Assembly (NCBI GenBank): GCA_049999805.1
Contig: JBNGIO010006232.1
Location: 134,592 to 186,339 of the forward strand
DNA from: Folioceros fuciformis
Lineage: Eukaryota
Length of the DNA: 51,748 nucleotides
Direction of reading: 5' to 3'
Position numbers and translations under genes: made by a program. The notes beneath the pieces were generated by a model. The model was not told where the DNA came from. It saw only the letters and a list, made by a program, of their open reading frames with translations, and ran no database searches. Positions 1-12,914 of this stretch are shown here, piece by piece (the first letter of the stretch is position 1; each line of letters starts with the position of its first letter).

Positions 1-7
1 GGCAGTA

Positions 8-3000
8 ATGTCCAGGGAGTCCGGGGGAAGGAGTGCGGAGGATGGGCAGGAGAAGTGTGGGGATGCCGGATCGTCGTCCACCGGATCCGTCAGGTCGCCA
101 GGGGGAGCCGGTGCCCACCACGGTGGTCCGGGAGCAACAGATGGTGGCGTGAAGAAGGCGGGAAAGGAGGAGCGTGAGGGGTCGTTGCACTTTCTCGTCT
201 TCAGGCTAGGTGTGGTGTGGGATTTTTGTTGGGTGGAACAGGCTGCATTGATCCGTGTCGTGCTGATGAGGAGGCTTTTTGGTGTTGTGGACAGCGGATC
301 CTGTGGCGGAGACGCGGGTGACGGCTCTGAGGAGGCTGCAGTTCTGCGTGGCGCAGAACTTGATCAGCGTGCATCTGTTTCACCCGTTCGCGGAGCCTTT
401 GGCCCGGAACCTGTTGGAGTGGTTCAACCTGCCCAGCCCTGCCCATGAGGAGACTGTTCTCAGCATTTTGATTAAGTTGGCCCAGGCATGGTTAATTTTT
501 GTGATGCCATTGGGTGGTTGTGAGCTTCGATGCATACATGCATGGCGGGCCATTGAGGTATTAATTTTTGTTGTGGCGGCAGGATGGCTACATGCGGGCC
601 CAGCTGCTGGAGATTGGAGCTGTTGAGTTTATGCAGCAGTTGCGGGAAGACAACGGGGAGAAGTTGCTGCCGTTGGTGAACCTCCTTATTTCCGCGCTAA
701 CCGAGTGGCATGCTTCGGGTGAGAACCAACAGGATGAGCCTTGCCCACAAGTGTGTGCTGATAGGATCGTCTCCGTTGGGGATGGGCAAACGTTCTCCCG
801 ACCTTGGCTGGACTCCATTGCTCCTCGCCAGTTTGTTGCCTCTCCAGATGGGGAGTCCTCGTATGCTGGAACCCAGATCTGCAGCCCAGGTGAGAATAGA
901 GATGGTGCCATGGTGGTGCACTGCATGGACACCGCCGGCAGCCGTCTAAGATTTGTTTTTCAAACTTGTGGGCCAGGGTTTCAAGATGTTGGACCGAGTC
1001 TGCCATACATTGACCTGGAGCCAGCGGATAATCAGTATCTGTTCGAATTGAATGGTCTGGGTCCACTTCCCAGCACTCCATTGGATGAAACTGGCATGAA
1101 GTAGTGAATATGGTGAGTTCAGGATGTTGGGGTTACCGGCAGATTGTGAGTTCTTGTCTACAGTTTGGTAGGCTTCTTGTTCTATGAGAAAAGGTTCAAG
1201 AGTCTGGCCCGATCACAGGCTATTCTAGCGAGTCGCAGTTGAGTTGCTTGAGGCTGGGGTGTCGGGAATCAAGTTTGAACTGCAGTGCCTGTGTCTGCGT
1301 GGCTAGGAGGATGTGGTGCAAACTTGCCCACTTGTAAAGTCCCGTGTCCTGTCCTTAATCGGGTTTCTGACACTTACGAGGTACCGGTCTTGCTGTCCTG
1401 CAGGAAGGCTTCAAGATATTGAACATCCTCGAATTGTTGAAGATGCACTCCGAGAGTTAAGGGAGACTGTCGTCGTTGACTTCCATCCCGAAGCCATCCT
1501 TCAATCACAGCCTATTTTGGAGGTGGGCTCTTCATGGGCTGACTGATTGCAACCTTCTTTGCCTCGATTACAGAGGAAGATATGTCTCACATGTTTGTTT
1601 CGGTGCAGAATGTCTTGTCCTTGCTCCATGTCCTGAAGAACACTGACCTGGTTCCAGTAGCTCTTGACTTTCTACGCTCTCTTGTTCGCAGAATAAAGGT
1701 AGAACCTTATCCACTCGTTTGCTTCCCAATCATGTTGTTGAGCATCTGTGTTTAGTAATCTAGTTGTCTCTCGCAGGCTGCTCTGAGTCTTTCGTATGAG
1801 GCTGCCTTTCAAGTTCACCCTCATGCCCAGCACGTACATGATCACCATGAGCAACCCAATGGAACCAGTCATCAGGCGGGCTATCCGGCCAACGTTGCAC
1901 ATAGTTATCCAGTTTCTACGAAACAGGATATAAACCACTCAAGGCAGCAGCCAGGCAGATGTGGGACGCGCATCCAGCTTATGCTTTATCTTGGACGACA
2001 TTTACATATGATGACATTGCACTTGATCAAGCTTCTGTCAGAAATAAAATACCACCAGGCTATCTTTGAGATTCTGCGAGAGCTCTTGTTGTTACTGAAA
2101 CCAGCAGTAGATGAGCAGTTTAACCCAAAGGTAGGTGAAACTCAAGTGCGACCCTCCATACTTTTCCAGGTCTCCCTTTCATCAAGCACAAATCTGATGA
2201 CAACGAAGTTTCAATGCAGTTGCGGACCCGCTATATGCAGTACTTTGGGGCACTCAATGACGTCGTTGGAGCTCTAGGTGGAGAATTTCAGGATCTGGGT
2301 GCACTCTGTCCGGGAAGCATCATGCAAGATGGTGAAGATAGTACTGAAACTTGGCAATCGAAATGTATTCCTGTGCTTACAGTTTTGAGCTACACAGCTG
2401 ACCTACTATCTCTGCTCAAACCTGCGGACGTAGTCGGGCTTTTGCCATTCAAACTAATCAAAGCATTAAAAGCACTGACAAGTAACCTTATACTCGCAGA
2501 ATGTAATTTCGGAATCCACACAAGGGTACCTTCTCTTCTGTGTGGCTGTTTGCAGTCATCTCTCAACAAACTTCAATGGAATGATGATGAATTGCTTCTT
2601 GTATGGTCTTGCAGATTTTGCCGTACATAGAGTTCTTTGATCCTGACTATTATCACGCATATTGCATGGCTCATGAAGCTTACGGTTCCATCCATGATGC
2701 CGAGAGGATGGTTAACGCTGGATTTGAGTATCTTATGATGAGGGACTCAGGAACCTCGTCACCTTCTAAAGTTCCAGAGAAAGTTAAGACTGAAACGCTC
2801 GTGAAATGTATGTGTGAAGCCGTCCCATACATGAAAGCATTTGAAGATGTCAACTTGGTCAGAAGATTCATTTCAGTTGTGCTTAAGTTGCTGGAGATTG
2901 AAGTGGAGAAGTTCCAGACAACCAGAGACAAACACCGGGGGAGGTTGAAAAAGATTAAAAGACACTTGGGGATGAGAACGGATCCGGCCAACTCTGACAG

Positions 3001-6000
3001 AAGACAGGATTTTTGGCTCGTCTTCAATGCGGACTTGGAGGACAAACTTGCTCAGACTGGGTACTTGCTTGTGCTCCTGCTTTCCCATGGTTCCGGGAAT
3101 GTCAGGAAAGCAGCGTATGATGCTCTTCTTGAGGTTTCTTCAGCAGAGAAGGAGCGGACAGACGAATGGTGTGCCTTGAATGAGCTTAGCTTCGGGAATG
3201 TCTGCACAGAAGACACACACAGCCAAGCAATCAATAGTCCCAGAAATTGTGTGGTTTCACCTGCAAGCATCCTTCACAATGTGTTCCTACGAGGCTCAAG
3301 GATCATGAGTGAACTTCTGACAAACGGTATCCACGATGCGGTCACTTGCAAGGTTAGATATGAACTACAGGAAGGACCTTAATGTTTGCTGATCAGTTTT
3401 ACGATGTAGCAGAACATGAGATCTCTGCTCATATGCAACTTCCAAGACTGATCTGTGTACTGTTACTTTGAAGGTACCAGTCATGTGCAGAGCTTTTACT
3501 TCATCATATAGAGTTTCTAGGTGTACACGAGAGACTACAGATGCTCCCAGCTCTGTCGTGGATAGCCTGCTCTGCTTCCGACATGAGAGGATGCTCAACA
3601 GTGGATAAGGTGGCCAACCTCCTTCTTCATGCGATGGAGACCGTAAGAAGCAGTGACTGTGTGGATTGGATAAACTATGATGCATCCACGGCAGCGTGGA
3701 CAGAAATTTCCTTCTTTCTAAGACCTCTCTTTAGCTCGAGCAGCTCTGCTCGGGTAAATGCAGCAACAGAGCTTCTCGGGGCTTTGCAGAACTGCTGCCA
3801 GACCGATGGATATGTTCCCTGGTGGATATCTCGAAGTGAAGGTTGCATTAAGAGGAAAAATCCTGGTCATTACATGTATGATCCATTTCGGTATGTGCTC
3901 CTGTTGGAACCGGACAAACGCCAAAGATCCTCCCCATCGGTGAAGTTCATCGATGTATTGAAGGGCAGAGGTGTCCACCAATGGGGTTCAGAATTTCTAG
4001 GGAAGAGAAGGCGGAAACTGCATGACCTCCTAGACATCATGAAATCCATATCTATGTGTGCAAACACTAGAAGAGCGGCAGCTGAGCAGCTCAACAAGTT
4101 GTCTGAAGATAGAGAGCTGTTCCAGGTTATGGAAGACGACTTGGACCTAGTTGAAGTCTTGCTTTGCGAGATAGTAAGCTGGATGAGAATGACGTACCAA
4201 CAGGCAGAGGAAGGCAAGAGCAAGATGATGGCCGATTGCATCGAGGAAGAGAGCAGAAATGCTATGAAGTCCATGGGTGAAGTTTGCCTTGGTCTTCTAA
4301 CAAACCTGACGACTTCCCCTTCAGCAAGGGAGGTTGCTAGAGTACGTAATTGGCTGACCACAAGTCCAAAGGAGCGGATTGAGCCATTGTTGCCGTTGAT
4401 TTTCCACCCCGTAACAAGTGTGCGCAGAAATATAGGATTGATATTGTCTTTTCTGCTCTTCAGTGCTGACTTGTTGTACTCGAGCTTGAAGATGGTAAGC
4501 GTTTCGCGTATGTCAACCAGCTTAGACCGTACGTGCTGATTTGATGGTCAGGGTTTCACCTACCAGTACGAGGTTTTTGCAGGTGGTATCCACAGACGAT
4601 CAGTTGTTTCCGGGATTATCTATGCAAATTCCATACCCATTGACGAAAGAAGTTCAACTGTTTGTTCCTGTCACCTTTACCAGGTGTTACCGGTTCCCTT
4701 GCCATGCTATTTCTGTTGATTTACGACAAGCTGATGAGCCTACATCCGAGCCCTTGCATTATGACCCTCTTGTTGATCATATGGTCGCTCAGCTCCGGCT
4801 TCTTGGTGGTAGGCCCTGTGGTAGCTTTCAGCAGCTTTGGCTCAATATTTGTAAGCTTATCCATCTCCAGGATTGCCATCTAAGCCTAAAGCTTCTTGGC
4901 TTGGTCATGGCAGGGGAGTTCAAAACTCTGGCAGAATTCTATCAAGTTAGGACAAGCATTGCCTCAAGAGTTGGTGTATCTCCCCTGGAGCTCCAATCTT
5001 TGAGGTGCATTTCTGCATTGAACGCCGATTACGTGATCCAAACCCTGCTGGAGCATCTGTCTTACTCAAAGGTATCCATGAATTGTTACGACTATGTATC
5101 ACATACGTCAGTAGTTCCTCTTGCCTTGCCTGCCCACAAGTATCTGCAACAAATAAGCCTTCAGATGGACCGCAGGACTACCAATACGAGTTTCGCCAGC
5201 TTGTAGAATTGGCAGCACAATGTTCGAGACACCCAGAGGTAGCATCTCATACACAAGTTCAACAGTTTCAGTGGGTAGTCCAGGACTAGACATTTTGCAT
5301 GCAGTTGATTTGGGTTGTGTTTGCATCCTCTCTGACTGTTGATTGCATCGAAGGCAGCAATTGTGCTTGCTAGGGGCAATTGGATGGTGCCTCTCGAACG
5401 ATTTCTCACCAGACGTCCAAAATCGGAAGAGGACATGAAATTGCTGCTTGAGGTTTGTACAAGCGATCGGACGCTAGTATGCTGACTGGCAAACGAGTCC
5501 CAATGAATTGTGACACAAATTGCATAAGCGAAGGCTGTACGGTCTCGCTTTCTCCCTGTTGTTGAAGAACTGACATGTATCGACACAACGCAGGTACTGC
5601 ACGTGGTACAAATTATGATGAGCACGAACTGCATGCCGTCATCTGGCCTTATCTTTCTAGCTACATCATGCAAGACGGCCCTTCTTCCCTTCCTGGCTGA
5701 CAGATTATCTGCAGGATTGGGTACTTCTCTTCAATTTGGGGAGAGTGACTTCAAGAACAAGAGCAAACACTTAAGTCGTGACTTATCCTGAGATCTGATT
5801 GGTGCAGGACAATCGACATCGCAGGAAGAATCATCCTCGGTTCACCAGGGAGATTTGAGGCTGCTGCATTTAGTGTTCAATCTTGTTCTCTTGGCTGAAA
5901 ATCACGTGGACAGAAAATTGTTCGGAAGGGTGGTAACGCTTCTATTAGAGGTATTTCACCAAACCGTCATCCCCTCGTGACACAGACTATTGACTCTGTC

Positions 6001-9000
6001 AACCTGAGATTTGATGCGAATGTCCCAGGATACAGCATTTTTCTCTGTCTTGCAAATCATCATCACGAAGATCCAGACTGCCCCGTATAGTTATTGTATC
6101 CTGGCTGTTCAAAGCCTCTCCCTTGTTGCAAAAGGGATGGCTGTGAACGTAGCTGGCAAGGCATCTACAAACATATTTTCTTTCATGAAGCTGAGCTACT
6201 TGGAACAAACCAGGTGTCTGGATGGACCACAGGCTGAGGGAGCATCGAACGGCAGCATGGAACAAGGTATAGTTAAGCTGATTGTCCCGCTCATCAAGCA
6301 CATGGCACGCTTTTACAGCACAGATCTTCCATCTCTGAGGCACAAGCAGCTGGTGAGGGAGATAGTTTACTGCCTATGGTGCATCACATGTTCTGTGCTA
6401 CCTCTCTTCTGGGAGAAGCTCTGGGCCTCTACTAGTGTCACATACTGGCTTTCGCGTGTTGTCACTGATCACGAAGGGACTGTCAGGGGCATGGCCTTCG
6501 GCATACTGGCCATGCTGGCGTCACCCGTCACGCCGGTCACACAAAAAATGCTTCTAAAGAACTGGCCTGAAGTGGGCCTTGTTGCTGTCAGAGCAGTTCT
6601 GAACACGCAGGAATGCTATGCCGTGCGGCAGGAGGCTCTTCGGTTTATCTTGGCTTCTAATTTTTGGACAGCCGCCTGCAAGCTGAACGTGGATAGTCTG
6701 GTTGGAGACGGAGAAATGCAGATCGATTTTGAGGAGATCGATCTTTTCGACATCAATACGGCCCTGAAGAAATGCAAATTCTGGAAGGCATTTCCGATCA
6801 TGCTGACTGAACGGAATGGAACACCTGGTTTTTATCGAGTCTTCTTAGAGCTCATTAGAAAATTGGCGTTTACAGACATGGAGTTCATTCAAGAGCAGTT
6901 TGTTCTGGTGCCGCCGATCTTTAACGCGCTGTTGATGCATTTAGGATGTCCAACCTCGGACTTTGAAACCAGTAACAGAGCACTAGACACCTGTGCGGTG
7001 CAATCGTATATCACGGTCTGGGAGAAAAGACGCATGCATAGCAGAATTCAATTGGCAGACAGATACGGTGTGATAGCACAAATAGCAGAAATTCTGGAGT
7101 TGATGGCCTCTACCAGAGATTCCAATCTACAAGAACGGGTCAATAGTTCCACAACCGTTGCGGCCCTCATCTGTGCATTGTGTCATTGTGCCCTCGACGA
7201 TGAGGAACGAGAGAATTCCATGCTGAATTATGGCACTTTCAAAGGTACAAAACAGCGTCTGCTGGAGGAGCAGCTGAAGCCCACCAGGAAAGCCATCACA
7301 GAGTATGAAAGAGCAGAAGGTGTGTTTCATGTGGCTACCACCTTGAATATGCTCCTCCAGCAGTGGTATGCACGGGACACAGCATACGGTCCCGTGCCTC
7401 CTGAGGCCTTACCACCAATCAGTGACAGATCCGATGCATCACGGCAGTCCGGTGGTGATCCTGCTGCTTCCAGCAAAGAAGCTTCCTCTCCTCATTTGCA
7501 ATTGAAGGACATCCTCAGTACCTCAGGAACGATGGTTTGCACAGCTGTAGCAAGCGTGCTAAAAGCCTATCCTTCTGTTCACCTGTTAAGAAGAGCCATA
7601 AATGCAGTCGCAGATGTCAGCACGCAGGCGACTGGTGGCATTGATGACTATCCTCTGCTATGGAGAATGTGGCTGTCAGTATCTGCACTTCTGGCCACCT
7701 TGCTATCACAAGAAGAGAAAGCAGAAATGGTGCTGAGTGACGAGCACGAGGAGTGTGGTGCAGTCCCGTCCGGAGCAGGAGCACTGCAACAACACTTCGC
7801 AGTAGAGGTAAGGGTGGTGTCCCTTCTTTTCATAATCCTACCATGTTGGTGGAGGGCCATATCCTCAATCTCCCAATTCACTCTGTTGTGCAGATCTGCG
7901 CAGCCTTAGTGACTGTCTTGGAGGAGTTGTTCGCAGAGAGCAGGAGGGCGAAGGCTTCAAACGATGCACGGTTCCTCCATCACCTCGTTTTCATCTTGTC
8001 TGCGGTTGGCAGGGCTCTACAAAACATCCTGACCTTCAGGTGCACTCTGGATCTTCTTGTCCGTTCTGCTTTTATCTGTGTTCAGTTGTACCACTCTCTT
8101 CGGACTCAGATCATCATTCTTGCTTTGCCAGTAGCAAAGCCAAGAAGTTTGCAGTGCAGTCGCTCATACCGAAGAAGCTGATAAAGCTTGCCCACGAAGC
8201 TCATTCAATTCTTGCGTACGGATATATCCGGTCCCTTCAGGCAATAGTAAGGAGATCCAGGCGTGGGCGATGGGTGGTTAGCAAGCAACGGGCCGTACCT
8301 GAGATGGTGCCACAGTGGAACTCCAGCAGACACCGGGGAATACCCATAAGCAGCAACCACGAAGGAAAAGCGATAGTGAAGCAGCCTGGCCAGAAGTCAC
8401 GCTCCTGCTGGACGGACATGGCTGATGAGGGAGTAAGGAAATTCAGGGCGCTCCTCTTTGAAGAGCTTCTCCTCTCGATCCGGCTGTTGGAGCACCTGGT
8501 ATACAAGAGTCCTGAAGCAGCTGAGGCTTCTGTTAGCAGTGGCGTCTTCAGCCTCATAAGATCTCTCTGGGACTTCGCCCACACAAATGAAGACCTTCTT
8601 TCGGAGTTGCTTGGTCTCTTGTGCAATTTGGCAGCCCAGAGTGACCAAGCCAAAGTGGTCACCAGCAAGGCTGGGCTGATGGACAACGTCATCTACCTGG
8701 TGTTGAACCCCTCAGTCGGCATGGTATGCTACAGTGTAGGACTCAGCTTGCTGCAGACGTTGATGACTAGGGCAGAACCGCGAGCAAGGTTTCTGCACAA
8801 GCATTGGCTGATGGGCTTGATATCTCAACTCAGCGAAAGCGTCCGCAGAAAGGATGTGGTGCGGCAGCACCTGCTCCTGCAATTTCTTGTGAATGTGGCA
8901 GCTTTCCCCCACGGCCAGACGATGATCTCCAAGCACCTCTCCACAGGCGCACAATTCGACCTCGTAAGTACCAGCTGCACCGTCATGTCAATGATTGAGC

Positions 9001-9602
9001 AAAGACACAGGCATTTCCACTGAATCTTGGACAATGTTTGCAAAAATGTGAAGGTGCTCGACATCGTTGAGCAAGGCAAAGAACCTGCAGCCAGCTCTGC
9101 CCTCTTCCTGCTCCGGAACCTGGCTTTCTCCCAGGACTGTCAAATGCACTTCGTGTCCAATCAGCGCACCATTCCACTGCTCCTCAAGTCCTTGGCCGCT
9201 CCAACACCAGAGGCACGCGCTTACGCATCATCTGCCATATGGGAGCTCCTCTTCAAAGGGAGCAGAGTGATAGCCATCTTCAAGAAGTCAGCTTCTCTCC
9301 TCCTCGAAGCAGAGATGGCTGCAAGATCTGACCTCAAAAAGCTGGACTCGATCCCCAACAAAGACAAGACGCCACACAACTCCCAGTTTGCCAACCTAGT
9401 GAGGCAGATCGAACAAGTAAGCTCCCCCACTCTTCCCCACATTCATCCTCTCATGGTGTGCATCTCTCTCCAACTCAGCCACCTGCTGCGTCTGCAGAGT
9501 CTCTTTGCCATAAATCGTCTGATTGGAGAGGAGTTGGTGGCATCCAAGGATTTCCCTGGAGAAGCTGATGAGCTGTGGAAAAAGGCCAAACAACTGCTAT
9601 GA
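8..9602 (+). CDS. RTTN: Rotatin (armadillo-like centriole/basal-body protein), multi-exon
   Basis: Splicing 209^295 and 485^583 gives ...FRL-ADPVAETRVTALRRLQFCVAQNL...LLEWFNLPSPAHEETVLSILIKLAQ-DGYMRAQLLEIGAVEF, which matches the rotatin N-terminal domain as I recall it (LLEWFNFPS). A chain of helical/ARM-like + strand ORFs (568-1104, 1981-3382, 3541-5206, 6011-7909, 8040-9602) is linked by GT-AG introns. The C-terminal ARM-like segment contains ALFLLRNLAF and AYASSAIWELL. Not all internal exon boundaries were resolved. Confidence 0.85.
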
Positions 9603-9631
9603 GCTGTGGAAAAAGGCCAAACAACTGCTAT
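9568..9631 (+). repeat. Perfect 31-bp tandem duplication spanning the rotatin stop codon
   Basis: gagctgtggaaaaaggccaaacaactgctat occurs at 9570-9600 and again at 9601-9631. Confidence 0.95.
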
Positions 9632-9756
9632 AGACTAAAACCCACAAATCAGATGTTTCAAATCGTGTCCTACTGCAAACGTATCAAACGTTGGAATCAA
9701 ATCTTAACCGCAATTTCCGAGCGTTTAAAAGCTGAAGGAGAAGACGTCGCTTGGCT

Positions 9757-10543
9757 ATGGCGGAAGCCCAAGGGGAAGAGCTCCCTCCCGAGGTCTGGCG
9801 GGCGATCCTGCAGAGGCTACCGGTGGCCGTCCTGGCCAGGGCCGCCTGCGTGTGCCGGCTATGGCATCTCATAGTGTCGGACCCTGAGGTGATGGCCACC
9901 TCCTTTCGCTCCGCATGGAAGGTGAAGGAGGTGAAAGGCCGCCCGGCCACCACGTCCTTCTGGAGCCGGCAGCATCTGGGCCAATTCGCAATCTCCCATC
10001 AGTTGCGCCGACATGACTCGCTGCAGGGCCTGGCCCTGCGGTACCATACTCAGGTTGCCCCCGCCTGGGGAGTTCAGGATGTGGAATGCAGGACGTGCAT
10101 GCATCGGCTAGCGCACCAGACTGAATCACCCTTCGTGTCTGTGGCAGGTTCCAGGTATCCTCCGCCTCAACAACATGATGAATGAGCACGCAATCCACTC
10201 CCGCAGGAGGCTCCTGATCCCTGTCACCCGGGCTGAGACTCTGGAGGGACAGACCTGTTTCATCGAGCTGGACATCTGTGCGAAGCGGGAGGTGGCTGTG
10301 TTGTACCTGGAGGGATCCCGGGCTGGCCATCACACCAAGGCGTCCTTGTTCCATTCCGATTTCTGCAGGGGCTCACAGTCCAGAGTGAACAGTAGTATTG
10401 TAGAATGCTTCAAGAGAAGCTTGCGTGTGGATGACGAGGTTGCACGGTACTACCTGCTCTTGGCAGACGGAGACATCCGAGCAGCCTATGCCCGTTTCAA
10501 CGACGATATGCGATGGGAGAGGGAGACGTCTCGCCGCGGCTGA
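9757..10543 (+). CDS. F-box + LysM domain protein (At1g55000-like); exons 9757-10053 and 10148-10543
   Basis: F-box LPPEVWRAILQRL...AACVCRLW. The LysM SHQLRRHDSLQGLALRYHTQ-VPGILRLNNMMNEHAIHSRRRLLIP is restored by the GT-AG intron 10054-10147. It is followed by the conserved ELDICAKREVAVLYLEG. Confidence 0.9.
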
Positions 10544-11092
10544 CGGAACATGGACACTTCTACTTCCCTCTCTTCTCCCTTGCTGCTGACAAACCTTAAA
10601 CATTCTCCTGCCTCTCCACTGGAGGTCAATTATATTGGATCCCACACCAGAGCCGTGTTCTTTCTGATCATTCTGCATTTAGCCATCCTGAGTTCTGAGT
10701 TGGTTAGGCCGATGCGAGCGACCAACCTCCATCTCCAGTGCTGCTCACCATAGCTTGAACCTTCAGTGGCACCTTTCTACATACACCAATCTGGCAGTTC
10801 CGTACATAGCATCATGTCCTGTTGTTATTGCAATCCTGGTGCTCAATTATCCAGGAGAACGCTGTCCCCTCTGGCTGTTATTCCCGGGAGCACCGGGACT
10901 CCATGATTCACCATAGACATGAAGGCACTAAACCCTGAATCCCTCTCTCAAACCCTAGCTGTCTGCAACATTGAGGAGAAGGGATTCGCGTTGTGGGCTG
11001 TGGAGCTTGGGATGATTGCAACCGCCAAGCGAATTCCGAGAATTTCTGTTCGTATAGCAGATTGTGTTTCTGTGAGAGGGGTGGCTGAAGCA

Positions 11093-11792
11093 ATGCCAGT
11101 GCTATCCATCTACACCAACGTGCGTGTACAGCCGGACGCCATCTCCCCGCTTCTGGAGCTGCTCAGCTCGGCCGTGGCCCGCATTCTGGAGCAGCCGCAG
11201 GATGTCAGTGTAACTTTCCTGCTTCACTGTCTGTCAGAAAAATGCGTCAGTAAACGTGTGCTGCATTGTTGCATGTTTCTGTCATGAGCTTTCGAGTTCA
11301 CACTCCAAGGAACGGCGTGCTGGACGCAACGTCTTACCTCTGCCCTCCGTGTTCTGACTGTGGGTCGTGAAGATCTGATCTTTCGTGCCAAGCTGGAGGC
11401 ATCGTCATTCGTCTCACGCCTCCTTGCGGAACCATTTTTGCTGGGGCGTGCAGCATGTGATGGTGTTGCTGCGGGGCGAGCAAGCGCTGTGTTTCGGCGG
11501 GACAAGAGAGCCAGCTGCTTTCGGGGAGCTGCTGTGTGTGAGCGGCCTCGGCCCTGAGATCAATGCGAAGCTGAGCGCGGCCATGTCGCGGGTTCTGGAG
11601 GTCCATCTGCGCATTTCGCCATCGCGCTTCTATGTTGCATTTCGAAATTCTAAGGTTGGCATGTTGTGTCCTGCATCCAATTTTGGTTTTGCTAGAGTGT
11701 GTGGAATGGCTGATACACTTGCGAATTTGATTCCGCAGGAGGGGGAGCGAACTTCATACAATGCTGATTGCTTCCATGCCCTGCATCAGTGA
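11093..11792 (+). CDS. MIF/D-dopachrome tautomerase-like protein (MDL); exons 11093-11203, 11454-11654, 11739-11792
   Basis: Starts M-P-V-L-S-I-Y-T-N-V, keeping the catalytic N-terminal Pro. Contains HVMVLLRG...FGGTREPAAFGEL...GLGPEINAKLSAA...RFYV, typical of plant MDLs. Introns are canonical. Confidence 0.9.
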
Positions 11793-12312
11793 AAGTTCAC
11801 GAGGTGCGTCTACCAAGAATCTGTAACCTCCTTTCTCGAAACTTCTTCCTCTTCTGCCTGGTCTCTTCACCTGACGTCCTGCAACGTAGGCTTGCTTGGT
11901 GCAGGTAGTCAGCTGGTGACGAGACCGACCATAGGGATGAAGTTCACATGCATTGGTTTCTCTCTGAAGTGAGATTTTGTTTTTCTTTCCCGTGTAGACC
12001 GAGGAATAGCTGTGCGCCTGGTGCCCAGCTCCAATTTTTCCAAGAGTCCAAGGTGCCACCATCTGACGCCTCCTCGCACACCAGTTACACAAGATACAAC
12101 GCCACCACGTCGTTACTTGCAAGAAGAGCATTTGTGATTTCCAACCAATGCTGGCACTGCAACAAGTTGGAACGTGTTTGTCATTTCCGGCTGTTTGTAA
12201 TCCTGATGAACGAGTTCGACACCACACCACTCGCGCCTTCTCCTTCCTAGAGCAGTCCTGCCAAGAATCGTCGTACACACCTATATGCAACCTTCCTGAG
12301 TGATCTACCAGA

Positions 12313-12752
12313 TCAGTAAGTCTGCTGTCCATGGGGATCATGGTCTTGTTTGGAGTGGGTCACTGCTCTCAGAATTATCTCCAGCAGGTGCAAGAACGTT
12401 TCATCAAAATTCGGGTATTTGGCAGTCAATTGACCAAACCTCCTGGCTCGCAATGCACTTCGAATATCCAGCTCTTTGTGCTTGGATCCAACCAAGAGGC
12501 AGTCCATAAGCTCTAGACAGGCCTGGTAGTTGCTGGTAGAGGGAAAGTTACGGAGTCGAACTAACAAGGGCGTGCTCAGCAGAATCGTGGACAGCTGAAT
12601 CAACGTTGCCATTGGCACCGGTGACAGATTACGCCAAGCCTCTCTGGAGCACAAGCATTCGTCTAGGAATTTGGTTGGTGGTATCACTCCCAGGATAGTA
12701 GCTTGGCTGACACGCCATGAGCACTGCTGCTGCCGGTTTGATCTGCAAGATT
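12313..12752 (-). other. Possible orphan coding exon (unassigned)
   Basis: Open frame of ~145 codons downstream of a ttgcag acceptor-like site, with a helical, protein-like composition. No recognisable motif. Confidence 0.25.
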
Positions 12753-12914
12753 GCGCGCTGTGGTTTCGAAGTTGAGTTTCTCAGAGTTGAGTATACCGCC
12801 AGGGCCAGCGGAGCAGGGCCACATTGCATGCCGCAAACCTTGTCATCGATCTTGTTGACGACTGCCTAGGAATTGGTGTTGGCTTTGGCATATCTGGGTA
12901 GATATGTCTGGATA

